In this document: positions 15,249-25,082 of the stretch, one piece after another
Layout of the letters: each line of letters begins with the position of its first letter
Position numbering within the stretch: position 1 is the stretch's first letter
IMG/VR virus record: IMGVR_UViG_3300037488_001588
Coordinates: 1 to 60,234 of that record
DNA: 60,234 nucleotides
Strand: one strand, 5' to 3'
From: a virus
Taxonomy: Duplodnaviria > Caudoviricetes
Notes under the pieces: generated by a model
Database searches by the model: none
The model's input: only the letters and a program-made list of their open reading frames with translations
What the model was told of the DNA's origin: nothing
Translations under genes and position numbers: made by a program

Positions 15249-18200
15249 CAGATTGCCTCATGAGCAACGGCAAGGGCCTTGGCGACGGTCGCGTCAGGCA
15301 CGTTCAGGAACTGCTTTGTCTTCTCGCCGTGCGCGTTCTTGGCGCGCGCCGCGAAGCGGACGTACTTTGCGGCCTCGGCCGCGTGGTCGATCAGGTTCGT
15401 GAGACGCCCGCCGGACGCGCGTGTCTTGCGATCGTCGTCGGGCTGTTCGGCGCGCAGGGGTGCCAGAAGCGGGGCGAGCGCGGCGATGTTCGGCTTGCCC
15501 TCGTTGGTGATGGCACGCTCCAGAAGGGCCTTGCCCTTGACGGGATCGGCCATCGCCTCGGAGAGGATACGCTGCACACGCTTCTGGGCAGCGGCGCGCA
15601 TGGGGCCGCCCACCGCCTTGTCGAGCACGAGGCCCGTGGCGCCGAGAATGGATGCCCAGTTGCCGCTGAAGAGCGCGTGGCCGATGGTCGGCATGAAGAA
15701 CGCCGTCCATGTCATGTTGTCGATGTTGCCCTTCGTCATGTCGTCGAGCATGCCGTTGATCTTCGACGCGGTATCGGACCCGGTCGAGGCCGCCTTCCGG
15801 GTGGCGTGCTGTACGCCCCGATCGATGTCGTCCCCGAGCTTGGTCAGCGTGCCGTAGCCCTCGTCGCCGTAGAGCCTGCGCAGCGTCGTCTCGCGCTGCT
15901 GGATGAAGGGCGACATCTTGGGCGACAGGTTGCGCACACCCTGATCGCCGATCGCGACGTTGGAGAACTTGTTGACCAGCCACTCTGCCGTGGCGCGCCG
16001 CGCGCCTTCGAGCGCCGCAGGATCACCGCCGATGTCGTCGAGCAGGCGACCGACGCGCGTCGCACTGTCCTTCGAGTTCATGATGGCGCCTATTTCGCGC
16101 CCGAGATCTTCGGCGTTGTTGTACTTCAGGAAGTTGCCGGCATTGCCCTCGAAATCTCGAACCTTGCCGGCCTCGTCCTTTACGGTCTGCGCGACCGTCG
16201 AGGTGTGCTCCCGCTCGGCGTCGCGGATCGAAGCATCACGATCGCGGCCGGCCTGTCGCACGCCCGTGGTCTGCGCGCGCGAGGCGTCTTCGAGCGCCTG
16301 CGTTGCGGTGGCGACATCGTCGAAGCGGTTGGAGAAGCCGGGAGACAGCTCGTCGATACGGGCCAGAGCCGGGGCGTGGTCTCGCTTCCACGCCGCCAGA
16401 CGCTGCGGTGTGAGGCCGTCCTTGGCCGCGTCCACCAGAGATGCCGACGCGAGATCCTGTATGATGGGCAGCGCCTGCGGATCGTCACCGGCAGCCTTCA
16501 ACCACGCATTGAGGCTCTCGGCGCCCTCTGCACCCTTCTTGAAGATGCTGGCCGCGACGCGCGCGCCGGACTTCTTGAAGTCGCCCGCGAAGCCTGTCGT
16601 CTTCAAAGCGTCGCCGACGGGCCCTTGTCGGAAGGTCGTGACGCGATCGATGTGACGTTGCTTTGCGGCGTTGTATCGTTCGAGATCCTCGGGTGTAAAA
16701 TTCGGTACTCGTTCATCACCCGGGCGTACTCCGGATCCTCCTTCGCCTTCAGCTCCAGCCTGACGAGAAACCCCGGCCGCGCCCACGGAGGCATCGTTTC
16801 CAGCGTTCGCACGAGAGCTTGCCCGTGCGTTAGCCATATGCTCCCGTGCTTCGGCTGCAAGTTTCGCTCCTATGGTGTCTTCGACACGCATTGTACCAGC
16901 TTCGACACGCCGAGCCTCGTGCGCAATCTGGTTCTCCAGAGAATTGCGCAGCTCGGCTTGCACGAGATCCTTGAGCGCGACCAGCTGGCCGTGCGCGGTG
17001 CGATCGGTGTTTTTGAAGTCGGCCATTTTGGCCGTGATGGTCTTGTCCATCTTGGCCAGCGCACCGAACGATACGACAGGCGGCAGCGCCGCCACCATCT
17101 CGATGATGGGCTGGGCGCCGGTCTTGAGTTCAACCGACGGGTCGAAATTCTGCAGCAGCTCCCGAGCGCCGGCAGCGGCGTTGCCCGACACGACGTTGAG
17201 CTGGTTGTCAGGATCGACGGCGTTGTAGAGGCGCGTCACCTCGCCTCCGAGAGCCGTGTCTCGTGTGTCGGTGATATCGCGCATGGCGTCGCCTCGCGCC
17301 GAGCGATCGATGCCGGTCGGCAGGGGGCGCTGGTCGACGGCGTCCTGTGCCGTGCGAACGCCGGCTTCGAGGTTGGCCTGCGTCTGGTCGAAAGCCTGAT
17401 TGGCGCCCTGCACTTTGCCGTCGCGTGCCTTGGCAGCGGCGGCCTGTGCGTCGGCTGTTTCGAGCGCGAGACGGCTGTGCAGATCATTGAGCTGGGCGAC
17501 GTAGGCGTCGGCGATCGCCTTGGGGCTGGCCGCAGGATCCGCCATCGTGTTGAGAGCGGCGTGTCGGGCGGCCTGCTGCTCGCCACGGATGGCGTGCGTC
17601 TCAGCCGCGAAGCCCTTGTCGCGCATCTCCAGCTCGGCCTCGGCCTTGGCGAGCTTGGTATCGCCGGCCGCCTCGGCGGTCGTCATGCGCGTGCCGAGTT
17701 CGTTCGTCGTGCGCATGCCGCGCACCTTGTCGACGTCGCCGACGTTCTCCTTGAATACTGCGCCGGCCTTGTCCTGTCGGCTGTTCTCGAAAACGGAGGG
17801 GAAGCGCTTCGACGCGGCGTTGCCGGCGGCTCCGGCCGCTCCGGCCGCGAAGGGCGCGGCGATCATGCCGTACAGAGGGTCGCCCGTGGCATCGGTCACC
17901 GCCGACGCGGCACCGCCGCCGACGGCACCGGCCGCCATGAGCTTCGGAGAGGCGCCTGACTTCAGCACCGTCTTGGCGAGGTCGACGGCGGGCTTTGTTG
18001 CCACGCCGGCACCCTTCGTGACACCGGCCCTCATGCCGCCGCCGGGCGCGATCATGCTGATGCCGGCCTCGCCCGCATCCATGGCGTACCGTCCGAGTTT
18101 CGACTGCGGCTCGTACTCACCTGTCGTCTTGGCGATCTTCGACGAGATGTCGTGCCCGCTCGGCATGACGTCTGTGCTGGGGATGATGCTGAGCGCCTTG

Positions 18201-18550
18201 CCTACGATGCCGCTCTCGCGCTCGGCGCGCTTCTTGAACGCCTTGCCGCGAGCTTCCTGCACCTCCGGCGTATCGCCCGTGATGCCCTGCATCAGCCGCC
18301 GGCCAAGGTACTGCCCGCTCTCGCGCAGATCGCCGACCATGCCGGGGATGTGTGACAGGCCCTTGATGATCGTGGTCGGGATAGCCTTTGCGGTAGACGA
18401 AACCCAATCGTCGTCGGGCGCGTTGTCGAGAACACCGCGTGCCTGCGGAGGACCGGACTGCGGACCGGACGACAGGTCGAGCGCGGGCGTGTCGCTCGCC
18501 GGGGCCGGCGGTGTCGTGAAGGAGCTTAGGTCGATCTTATCGTCGGCCAT
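15248..18550 (-). CDS. Large internal virion (DNA ejection) protein
   Basis: 1100 aa, Ala-rich helical with Gly-zipper and hydrophobic segments; follows the SLT-bearing protein as in podovirus ejectosome operons. Confidence 0.65.
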   Translation of the reverse strand: MADDKIDLSSFTTPPAPASDTPALDLSSGPQSGPPQARGVLDNAPDDDWVSSTAKAIPTTIIKGLSHIPGMVGDLRESGQYLGRRLMQGITGDTPEVQEARGKAFKKRAERESGIVGKALSIIPSTDVMPSGHDISSKIAKTTGEYEPQSKLGRYAMDAGEAGISMIAPGGGMRAGVTKGAGVATKPAVDLAKTVLKSGASPKLMAAGAVGGGAASAVTDATGDPLYGMIAAPFAAGAAGAAGNAASKRFPSVFENSRQDKAGAVFKENVGDVDKVRGMRTTNELGTRMTTAEAAGDTKLAKAEAELEMRDKGFAAETHAIRGEQQAARHAALNTMADPAASPKAIADAYVAQLNDLHSRLALETADAQAAAAKARDGKVQGANQAFDQTQANLEAGVRTAQDAVDQRPLPTGIDRSARGDAMRDITDTRDTALGGEVTRLYNAVDPDNQLNVVSGNAAAGARELLQNFDPSVELKTGAQPIIEMVAALPPVVSFGALAKMDKTITAKMADFKNTDRTAHGQLVALKDLVQAELRNSLENQIAHEARRVEAGTMRVEDTIGAKLAAEAREHMANARASSRANAGNDASVGAAGVSRQAGAEGEGGSGVRPGDERVPNFTPEDLERYNAAKQRHIDRVTTFRQGPVGDALKTTGFAGDFKKSGARVAASIFKKGAEGAESLNAWLKAAGDDPQALPIIQDLASASLVDAAKDGLTPQRLAAWKRDHAPALARIDELSPGFSNRFDDVATATQALEDASRAQTTGVRQAGRDRDASIRDAEREHTSTVAQTVKDEAGKVRDFEGNAGNFLKYNNAEDLGREIGAIMNSKDSATRVGRLLDDIGGDPAALEGARRATAEWLVNKFSNVAIGDQGVRNLSPKMSPFIQQRETTLRRLYGDEGYGTLTKLGDDIDRGVQHATRKAASTGSDTASKINGMLDDMTKGNIDNMTWTAFFMPTIGHALFSGNWASILGATGLVLDKAVGGPMRAAAQKRVQRILSEAMADPVKGKALLERAITNEGKPNIAALAPLLAPLRAEQPDDDRKTRASGGRLTNLIDHAAEAAKYVRFAARAKNAHGEKTKQFLNVPDATVAKALAVAHEAI

Positions 18551-18551
18551 C

Positions 18552-21500
18552 TTACTTCACCATCTTCCAGTCGATGCCGCCGGTCTCATTGCGCGTGGCC
18601 TTGAATTTGACCGCGCGCTTGCCCTGTTCCTTGTACCACTGCCGGATCTGGTCGACGGTATATTTGCCGTTCGGACCCTGCAGCTTGAAGAACTCCTCGG
18701 GTTTCAGCATGTAGTGGTGGCCGTCTTGGATGTCGCGAGTGTTCTCGGGCGTCGCCCCGAGCGCCGCGATGTCCTTGTAAGCCTCCTTGCGATAGTACTC
18801 GGGGTTGTTCTTTTCCTTGTCCGCGCCGCGCCACTGATCGCCGACGAGCTTCTGGTCGACGAGCTGATTGCCCTTGATCGACTTGGCGAGGTGCTCGGCG
18901 TAGGCGTCCTCGTAGTTCAGGTTGCCGAGGAACTGAGCGAGGATCTTCTTGTTGGCCTCGGGCGGTAGCGTCGGGTTTGCGAAGGCGCCCTCGACTTGCG
19001 CGCGCATGTTGTCGGTATCGCGGCCCGCCGCGCCCATGCTCAGTATCTGGTTGTAGGCGTCCTTCAGGAACGACTTGAAGGCGGCCTGATCCATCGTGTC
19101 GGTCTGCGGGCGAGGGAGGCCGATCGCATCGGCAACGCCCGCGATCTGAGCTTTGATGTCCGTACCGGTACCGCTCTCGAAAGTCTCGATGAGCGCCTTG
19201 ATCTGGTTGACGTTCTGGCGCGCGGCGAGACGCGCCTCCGTCGCTTTCTCAGCCTTCTGCAGCCAATCCTGATTGACCGCGATGTTCTTCTGCGTGGCTT
19301 GGTACGTGTCCCAGCCCGGCAGCCGTACCTGCGTGTTGCCCGGCCCGATACCCTGCCCCGTCGCGATGATGCTTTGCTCTTCGGCGCGCGCCTGATTCTC
19401 AAGACGCGCGCCGCCGGCCTCGTCACCGTTGGCGTACTGCTGTTCCGACCGCCTGCGCAGCTCCACTGGATTGCGATTGGGGTCGAGCTGGCGCAGGAAG
19501 GTGTCCGTCATGGGCGGCGGACCGCCCGTGCTGGTGCTCGGTGTCGGCGCGGTCGGCGTCGCGCCTGCTGCCGGCGGGGCGCCGGGCGCGGCCGGGGTCG
19601 CCAAAGGTGTCGAGGTGATCGGCGCCGACGGCGCGAGATCGGTCTTGACCGGCGTTGCTCCGGGCGCCGTTGCCGGCGCACGAAGACTGTCCGGCGCGCC
19701 GCCGGGCACGGCGGCAGTGCCGCCCTTGCCGTTGATGAGCGCGATCGTCTGCGCCATCTGGGCGTCCAGCTCGGGGCTGCGCTGGCTTTTGTTGGCGTAC
19801 ATGTAGTCGCTCTGCATCTTCTGCTGCTGAGCCAGAACACTCATGTACTGCGCGCGCGCGCCGATATCGATCCGCTCCTGACCCTGCTTCAGCTCCTCCT
19901 GCCGGAAGCCGGTCGCCATGTACATGGGCGCCGCTGCGGCCAGACCATCGCCGATCGCGCCGGTCAGCTGGTGGGACTTCGAGCCCAGCATGTTCCCGAT
20001 GAAGGCCAAACCCGCCATGATCGGACGCTGGTTGCGGTCGATCCAGTTTCCCGCCCGATCGAGGAAGTCAGGCGTCTCTTTCGTCTCGGCGGGGGTGTTT
20101 GTGGCGGCGGGCGGCTGGCCGCTTCCCAGACCGCCTTGGCCGCCGGTCCCGGTGTTGTCACGGAGCGCGACTGCTTGCGGGCGGGCGGTCTTGCCCGAGA
20201 CGATGGAGACGTAGTTCTGGGTCTCGGTCGGCAGGTAGTCCAAGTAGCTGCCGCCACGCTCGCGAGCCTTCTGCATGGCCGCGTCGACCGCGCCCGGGCC
20301 GGCGTTGTACGCCGCCGCAGCCACGTAGGGGTCGCCGTACTTCTGGACCTGTGCCGTGTAGTAGGCCTGCCCCAGCTGGCGATTGTAGTCCTCGGTCTCC
20401 TTGTCGAGCGCCGGGTCGCCCGTCCGGCCACGACTGAAGACGTCCGGGCGCCACGGCACCCCGGCCAGCTTGGCCGCCTCGGGCCCCGTGCCCGGCATGA
20501 CCTGTGCGATGCCGGTGGCACCCTTGGCCGACGTGATCGGCTGGCCCTTGTCGTCGAACTGACGGGTGCCGCTTTCCTGCGTCAGCATGCGGGGGAAGAC
20601 GCCCGCAGGGGAGTGATCGAGGTCGCCGCCGGGCGCAGCCGCAGCGCGGCCCGAGGCTACAATGTCCTTGGCCTGTTGGACGACAGGAGGCGTGCCGGCG
20701 GGCGGGGGTGCCGCCGCAGGCGGCGGCGGCGGCGGCTGGGCCGGGGAAAATGCCCGCTGGGAGCTGTCCTCCATGACGGGCGTGCCGTCGGGCAGCGTTG
20801 GGACGACCGCGCTGGGCGGGCTATTCTGGCCCGTGGCGAGGCCTTGCGCTGGCAGGGCTGTGCCGCTCTCAGGGACGGGGTTCTGATCTTGTGCGGTGTA
20901 CAAAGGCGCTCGGACAATCCGCTCAGCGCCGCCGTGAGCCCCGCTACGAAATTTATCCCCCGCTTGTAGCGATCGGGCGGTGTTCCAGCTTTCGGGACTG
21001 CTATCAAAGGCCACGTAAGGTAGCGGCGTTCCCGGCGCGGGTGGGGGCAGGTTCGGCGGGGCCAACGGCTCGTGGCCCAGACCACGGGGCATCTCAGCCG
21101 GCGGCCGGTCGGCGGCGGGCGGCGGGGTGGCCAGTCCGATCGGCTGGCTCAGCGTGGCGACGGGGCCGCCCCGGGGGCGCGGCAACAGGTCGTTGTCGGT
21201 CTCCTGTGCGATGCGCTCCTGCCGGGTCTCTTCGTCCTCTATGAGCTGGCTGCCGCCAGTCGCGAGGCCGACACGACCGCCCCGCGCAGCCATGCCACCA
21301 AGCATGCCGCCGGCCATGCTGCCGAGGCCCATACCCACCGGGCCGAAAAACGAGCCGATGCCGGCGCCGACCAGCGAGCCGACAGCCTTTCCGGTGTCGT
21401 CCTTCTTCTTCTGGCCGCCGCCTCCGCTGTCCATCTTGGACTTAGCGGCCTCGTCGGGCTTCTCCGGGGCGACCGGCTCGTAAAGCTCTTTGGGGATGTA

Positions 21501-23717
21501 GCCGGGAGCCTTGTAGGGCATCGCGCCGCCGCCGTGCGAAAGACCTACGCGGCCACCATCGCGCGCAAACGCAAAACTGGAAAGCCCCTCCAACAGTTCG
21601 GGGGCTATCTCGGCGACCATCTCGGGCGCCACTTCGGCGACCACCTCGGGTGCCACCTCGGCGACCATATTGGACGCACCAGTGGCAAGCCCCGCGTCGT
21701 CCCCAAACCCGGCGTCGGCGACAGTGGCCGCGCGGATGCCGCCGTCGTTCGCGGAACTGGCCGCAGGCGGCGGAAGCTCTTCTCGCGTGAACGTCGGCGG
21801 CGCGGTGCCGGTCTGCTTATCGAGCCACGTCTTTCCGGCGTCGTACTGCCGCCCAGCCCACCCGGCCTCCGGGTTCCACTTGCCGTCCTTGCCGAGAAAA
21901 CCGCCCGTTCCGTCCTTGCCGTCCTTGCCTGCCGTGCCGAAGAGGGCGTCCTTGCCCTCTGAGTAGGCTTCCGCCAGACCCTTGCCGGTCTTGTAGAGCC
22001 CCATCGCGGAGTCGATGTCCTGCTTCGCGCCGGTCTGCTGTTGCGGGCGCTGCATGTCGACCTTCGCCGCCTGCGGCGCCTGCGCCTTGAGAGGTGCGAT
22101 CGGCACGCCGTGCGGGCCGACGCCCGTCGCGATGCCGCGCGGATCGTGTGCGCCGCCGGGGAACATGGCGCGCTGCCGGGCGAGCAGTTGCGTGAGGTGA
22201 TCGTTGCCGGCCGTCAGGCCGCCGCCACCCGCCTTCTCGATGCTGTCTTGAGTTGCCGCGTCGTAGTCGACGGTCTTATATCCGCTCGCGAGCCCGACCG
22301 CGTCCGGGTGGTGCTTCTCGGTCTCCTGCGCGCTCAGACCGATCTGGGTGCTCGGGTCGCCCTTGTAGTTGTAGCGGTAGATCGGCTGACCATCGTTAGT
22401 CGTGCCGATCGGAACCATGTTCTCTTTGAGCCGCTCGTCCGAGAAGTACGGCTGGGCTGTCGAGTTGACCGTGTTCGTGGTCGAGCCCGACTGCGCGCCG
22501 GTACCCATCGCGATGTTGGCGAGGAACTGCGCGGTCTGAAACGGGTACCCCTTCTCCTGAAGAAACTGCTCGTACTCCGCAGTGTCCTGCGCCTGCCGTG
22601 TCTGCTGTTCCACCGTGCCGGCTGCGACCTGTGCCGTTCCCTGCGCAATCTGGTTCTGCTGCTGCTGCGTGCCGAGCTGGCCGAGAGCGCCTGCGGTACC
22701 GGCCGCCGTGCTGGCCATGCCGCTCGCGAGACCGGCATTCGCCGACGCGGTGCCCGTGGCCTGATTGTAGAGCTGCTGGCCGCCGGCCATTTGCGTTCCC
22801 GCAAGACCCTGACCCTGATTGTAGATTTGTTGACCGATGCCGAGGTTGCCCTTCGCGGCGGCGTCTCCTTGGTTGAACATCTGCTGCGAGATGCCCGCGA
22901 TGTTCTGCGCGCCAGTGGAGAGCGCAGCACGGTTCGCCTGCTCGGCACGGAGGCGGGTGTCCTGCTGCTGGGCAGCCGTGCTGAGAGCCTGACCGTAGTT
23001 TGCGTTGTAGAGGTTGCCCGCGACCTGACCGTACGCCATGTTCTGCTGGCGAGCCATGTTGGCCGATGCCACACCGGATCGATCGCCGCCGAAGGAGCCA
23101 CCGAGGATCTGACTGTCGCGCTGGTCGGCCCGCTCCGAGCCCTGCTCCTGTCGCAGGTTGCCGAGCGTCGACTGCACGACCGCCTCGTTGTACGGCGACA
23201 TGTAGCGATTGATGTCGAGGTCGGCGGCGTTGACCTGTCCGGTGCCGGCAGCCGCCAGACCGAGGGCGGCGTAGTTCCCGAGCTGGCTATCGCCGTACGC
23301 GTTGTTGAGCTGCCCCGTCGCGAGACCGTTGTAGGGCGACGCGGCGCCGGCTGCACCTGTCGCGGTGTCGATGCCCTGCTGGGTGTACTGCTTTCCGACA
23401 TCGTAGCCCGCGCCGATCTGGCCGGCAGCCGTACCGTACAGCTGTTGCGTCTGCGGGATCGCCTGATTGATGACGCCCGTCGCCTGATCAAAGTATGGTT
23501 TGTCGACGCCAGCCGCGCCGCTGATGGCGTCGATGCCGCCCTGTTGGGTCTGGTTGACCGGGGCGACGAATTCACCACCGTAGGCTTGCCACGGCACGCT
23601 GGCCGCCGTCTCGGCGCGAGCATTGACGGCGTTGTACCGCGCCAGCACTTCGGGCGGTATCTGCACCTGAGATGTCTGGTAGGTTGTGCCGCCGCCGCCT
23701 TTGTTGCCGCCGCTCAT
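18552..23717 (-). CDS. Internal virion protein with peptidase S74 autocleavage domain and lytic transglycosylase (SLT) domain
   Basis: YFSDERLKEN...IYRYNYKG...GLSAQE.EK..PDAV...VDYD (S74, from about aa 426); QESG...SAKGATGIAQVMPGT...AAAAYNAGPG...ETQNYV (SLT, about 20200-20600). Confidence 0.85.
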   Translation of the reverse strand: MSGGNKGGGGTTYQTSQVQIPPEVLARYNAVNARAETAASVPWQAYGGEFVAPVNQTQQGGIDAISGAAGVDKPYFDQATGVINQAIPQTQQLYGTAAGQIGAGYDVGKQYTQQGIDTATGAAGAASPYNGLATGQLNNAYGDSQLGNYAALGLAAAGTGQVNAADLDINRYMSPYNEAVVQSTLGNLRQEQGSERADQRDSQILGGSFGGDRSGVASANMARQQNMAYGQVAGNLYNANYGQALSTAAQQQDTRLRAEQANRAALSTGAQNIAGISQQMFNQGDAAAKGNLGIGQQIYNQGQGLAGTQMAGGQQLYNQATGTASANAGLASGMASTAAGTAGALGQLGTQQQQNQIAQGTAQVAAGTVEQQTRQAQDTAEYEQFLQEKGYPFQTAQFLANIAMGTGAQSGSTTNTVNSTAQPYFSDERLKENMVPIGTTNDGQPIYRYNYKGDPSTQIGLSAQETEKHHPDAVGLASGYKTVDYDAATQDSIEKAGGGGLTAGNDHLTQLLARQRAMFPGGAHDPRGIATGVGPHGVPIAPLKAQAPQAAKVDMQRPQQQTGAKQDIDSAMGLYKTGKGLAEAYSEGKDALFGTAGKDGKDGTGGFLGKDGKWNPEAGWAGRQYDAGKTWLDKQTGTAPPTFTREELPPPAASSANDGGIRAATVADAGFGDDAGLATGASNMVAEVAPEVVAEVAPEMVAEIAPELLEGLSSFAFARDGGRVGLSHGGGAMPYKAPGYIPKELYEPVAPEKPDEAAKSKMDSGGGGQKKKDDTGKAVGSLVGAGIGSFFGPVGMGLGSMAGGMLGGMAARGGRVGLATGGSQLIEDEETRQERIAQETDNDLLPRPRGGPVATLSQPIGLATPPPAADRPPAEMPRGLGHEPLAPPNLPPPAPGTPLPYVAFDSSPESWNTARSLQAGDKFRSGAHGGAERIVRAPLYTAQDQNPVPESGTALPAQGLATGQNSPPSAVVPTLPDGTPVMEDSSQRAFSPAQPPPPPPAAAPPPAGTPPVVQQAKDIVASGRAAAAPGGDLDHSPAGVFPRMLTQESGTRQFDDKGQPITSAKGATGIAQVMPGTGPEAAKLAGVPWRPDVFSRGRTGDPALDKETEDYNRQLGQAYYTAQVQKYGDPYVAAAAYNAGPGAVDAAMQKARERGGSYLDYLPTETQNYVSIVSGKTARPQAVALRDNTGTGGQGGLGSGQPPAATNTPAETKETPDFLDRAGNWIDRNQRPIMAGLAFIGNMLGSKSHQLTGAIGDGLAAAAPMYMATGFRQEELKQGQERIDIGARAQYMSVLAQQQKMQSDYMYANKSQRSPELDAQMAQTIALINGKGGTAAVPGGAPDSLRAPATAPGATPVKTDLAPSAPITSTPLATPAAPGAPPAAGATPTAPTPSTSTGGPPPMTDTFLRQLDPNRNPVELRRRSEQQYANGDEAGGARLENQARAEEQSIIATGQGIGPGNTQVRLPGWDTYQATQKNIAVNQDWLQKAEKATEARLAARQNVNQIKALIETFESGTGTDIKAQIAGVADAIGLPRPQTDTMDQAAFKSFLKDAYNQILSMGAAGRDTDNMRAQVEGAFANPTLPPEANKKILAQFLGNLNYEDAYAEHLAKSIKGNQLVDQKLVGDQWRGADKEKNNPEYYRKEAYKDIAALGATPENTRDIQDGHHYMLKPEEFFKLQGPNGKYTVDQIRQWYKEQGKRAVKFKATRNETGGIDWKMVK
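21595..21670 (-). repeat. Three tandem 24-bp in-frame repeats, (M/V)VAE(V/I)APE
   Basis: MVAEVAPEVVAEVAPEMVAEIAPELL. Confidence 0.8.
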
Positions 23718-23722
23718 ATGAA

Positions 23723-24220
23723 CTACCCGCTCGTGTCAGGCAGTCCCGCTCCACCGGTCTGCGCGCCATAAAGGAAGAATGCACCCGCCTGCGTGCCGAG
23801 ATGTCTCTCGTACAATCTGACCTTGGCCTCGGTCCGACTGTTGCTGAGTACTCCGATGAGCAGCGGCATACCAAGACGGTCTGCCGTGTGCTTGCTGAAT
23901 TCAACCAGCCGACTGGCCCGGCCGCCCTTTGCGGCCCGGTATTCGGGATGGATGAAAATAGCCTGCTCTTCTAGCACCTTGGCGCTAGAGTACCACGGAG
24001 TGATGACCTTGAGCAAAACCGCTCCTTCGGCCTTCTTTCCGGCCGGACCGATCAGGCCCATGATGCCGCAATTCAGGCTCAGGGCATCCCAGATCGTCTG
24101 CAGGATCTTGGCCTCGTCGGCGTTCACGAAGCCGTTCTCGGCGCGACCCATCAGGGCCAGCTCCATCACATCATGCACATCGGCGGGTGTGCCGATGCGG
24201 ACTTTCAGGTCTTCGCTCAT
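23723..24220 (-). CDS. GNAT-fold acetyltransferase-like protein
   Basis: VRIGTPADV, PWYS....LEEQAIFIHPEYR..KGG.A.RL, RLYER.LG; typical position before ejection genes. Confidence 0.7.
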   Translation of the reverse strand: MSEDLKVRIGTPADVHDVMELALMGRAENGFVNADEAKILQTIWDALSLNCGIMGLIGPAGKKAEGAVLLKVITPWYSSAKVLEEQAIFIHPEYRAAKGGRASRLVEFSKHTADRLGMPLLIGVLSNSRTEAKVRLYERHLGTQAGAFFLYGAQTGGAGLPDTSG

Positions 24221-24222
24221 GG

Positions 24223-24732
24223 TCAGTCCTTTTTAGGGCCGGGCAGGCGGGACAGCTTCTTGATGGTAGCGGCGCGAACCTGCTTCACGAAGTGGTCGAG
24301 GATCTGGTGTCCGTCGTCAAGCGAACCCTTGCCGATCCGCGTCACGGCCTCGGGCGAGATGACGTGCTCGCCGCCGGCCGCGATGATCTTGACCGATCCC
24401 GTGGAGCCACCGTCGGCTTTCATCGCTACACCGAGCGGTGTGCTTGGTGCCTTGTAGGGCGTGCCACTCGTGATGTCATCCGCGTCGAAGAGGGACTTGG
24501 CGACTTTGAAGCCGGCCATCGTGTTGCCCTCGCCGAGGGCGCTAATGATGTCGGCCGGCAGGACGTAGGAGCCCTCGCGGACCTCCATGGGAATGTGATC
24601 GGTGCGGCCGGCGACCGAGCTGTGGATCGGTCCGGCGTGCGTCTCGACCAGCTGCCTCACGGGCGACGCCTTCAGATTGAAGGGTCCGCCGGCAGCCTTC
24701 GCGATACGAAGGGCTTGAGCTGCGTGGTCCAT
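24223..24732 (-). CDS. Small protein with a duplicated AxGG...GExV module
   Basis: KAAGG...GRTDHIPMEVREGSYVLPAD and KADGG...VKIIAAGGEHVISPE; resembles the AxGG...D.IPA.LS.GE.V motif of tape-measure C-termini. Confidence 0.6.
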   Translation of the reverse strand: MDHAAQALRIAKAAGGPFNLKASPVRQLVETHAGPIHSSVAGRTDHIPMEVREGSYVLPADIISALGEGNTMAGFKVAKSLFDADDITSGTPYKAPSTPLGVAMKADGGSTGSVKIIAAGGEHVISPEAVTRIGKGSLDDGHQILDHFVKQVRAATIKKLSRLPGPKKD

Positions 24733-25082
24733 CAGATCCTCGTGTACATGATGGCGATCTCCTGCGCGGCGCCGGGGGTATACGCGAGACCGGTCGGGAA
24801 GACGAGGTTCATCGGATAGAAGCCCGGTGTCGTGCCCACCACGTATATCTTGTTCGTGGCCGCGATGTCGGCGACCGCGCGCACGTCATACAGCCCGCCC
24901 GCCGCGCCGCCGACGACCACGCTGACGCCGGTCACGCGCACGAAGCCGACCTGTACGATCTTGGTGGTGGATATCGTGCCCGAGCTTAGAACCGGCATGT
25001 CCCGGTTCGTCGCGTTCACCAGATCGGCGAGCGTGGCTACCGCCGACTGGAAGGTTGTCTGGATGTCGTCGAGCGATGCCAT
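24732..25082 (-). CDS. Small virion protein
   Basis: 116 aa, TGATG-coupled within the tail operon. Confidence 0.65.
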   Translation of the reverse strand: MASLDDIQTTFQSAVATLADLVNATNRDMPVLSSGTISTTKIVQVGFVRVTGVSVVVGGAAGGLYDVRAVADIAATNKIYVVGTTPGFYPMNLVFPTGLAYTPGAAQEIAIMYTRI

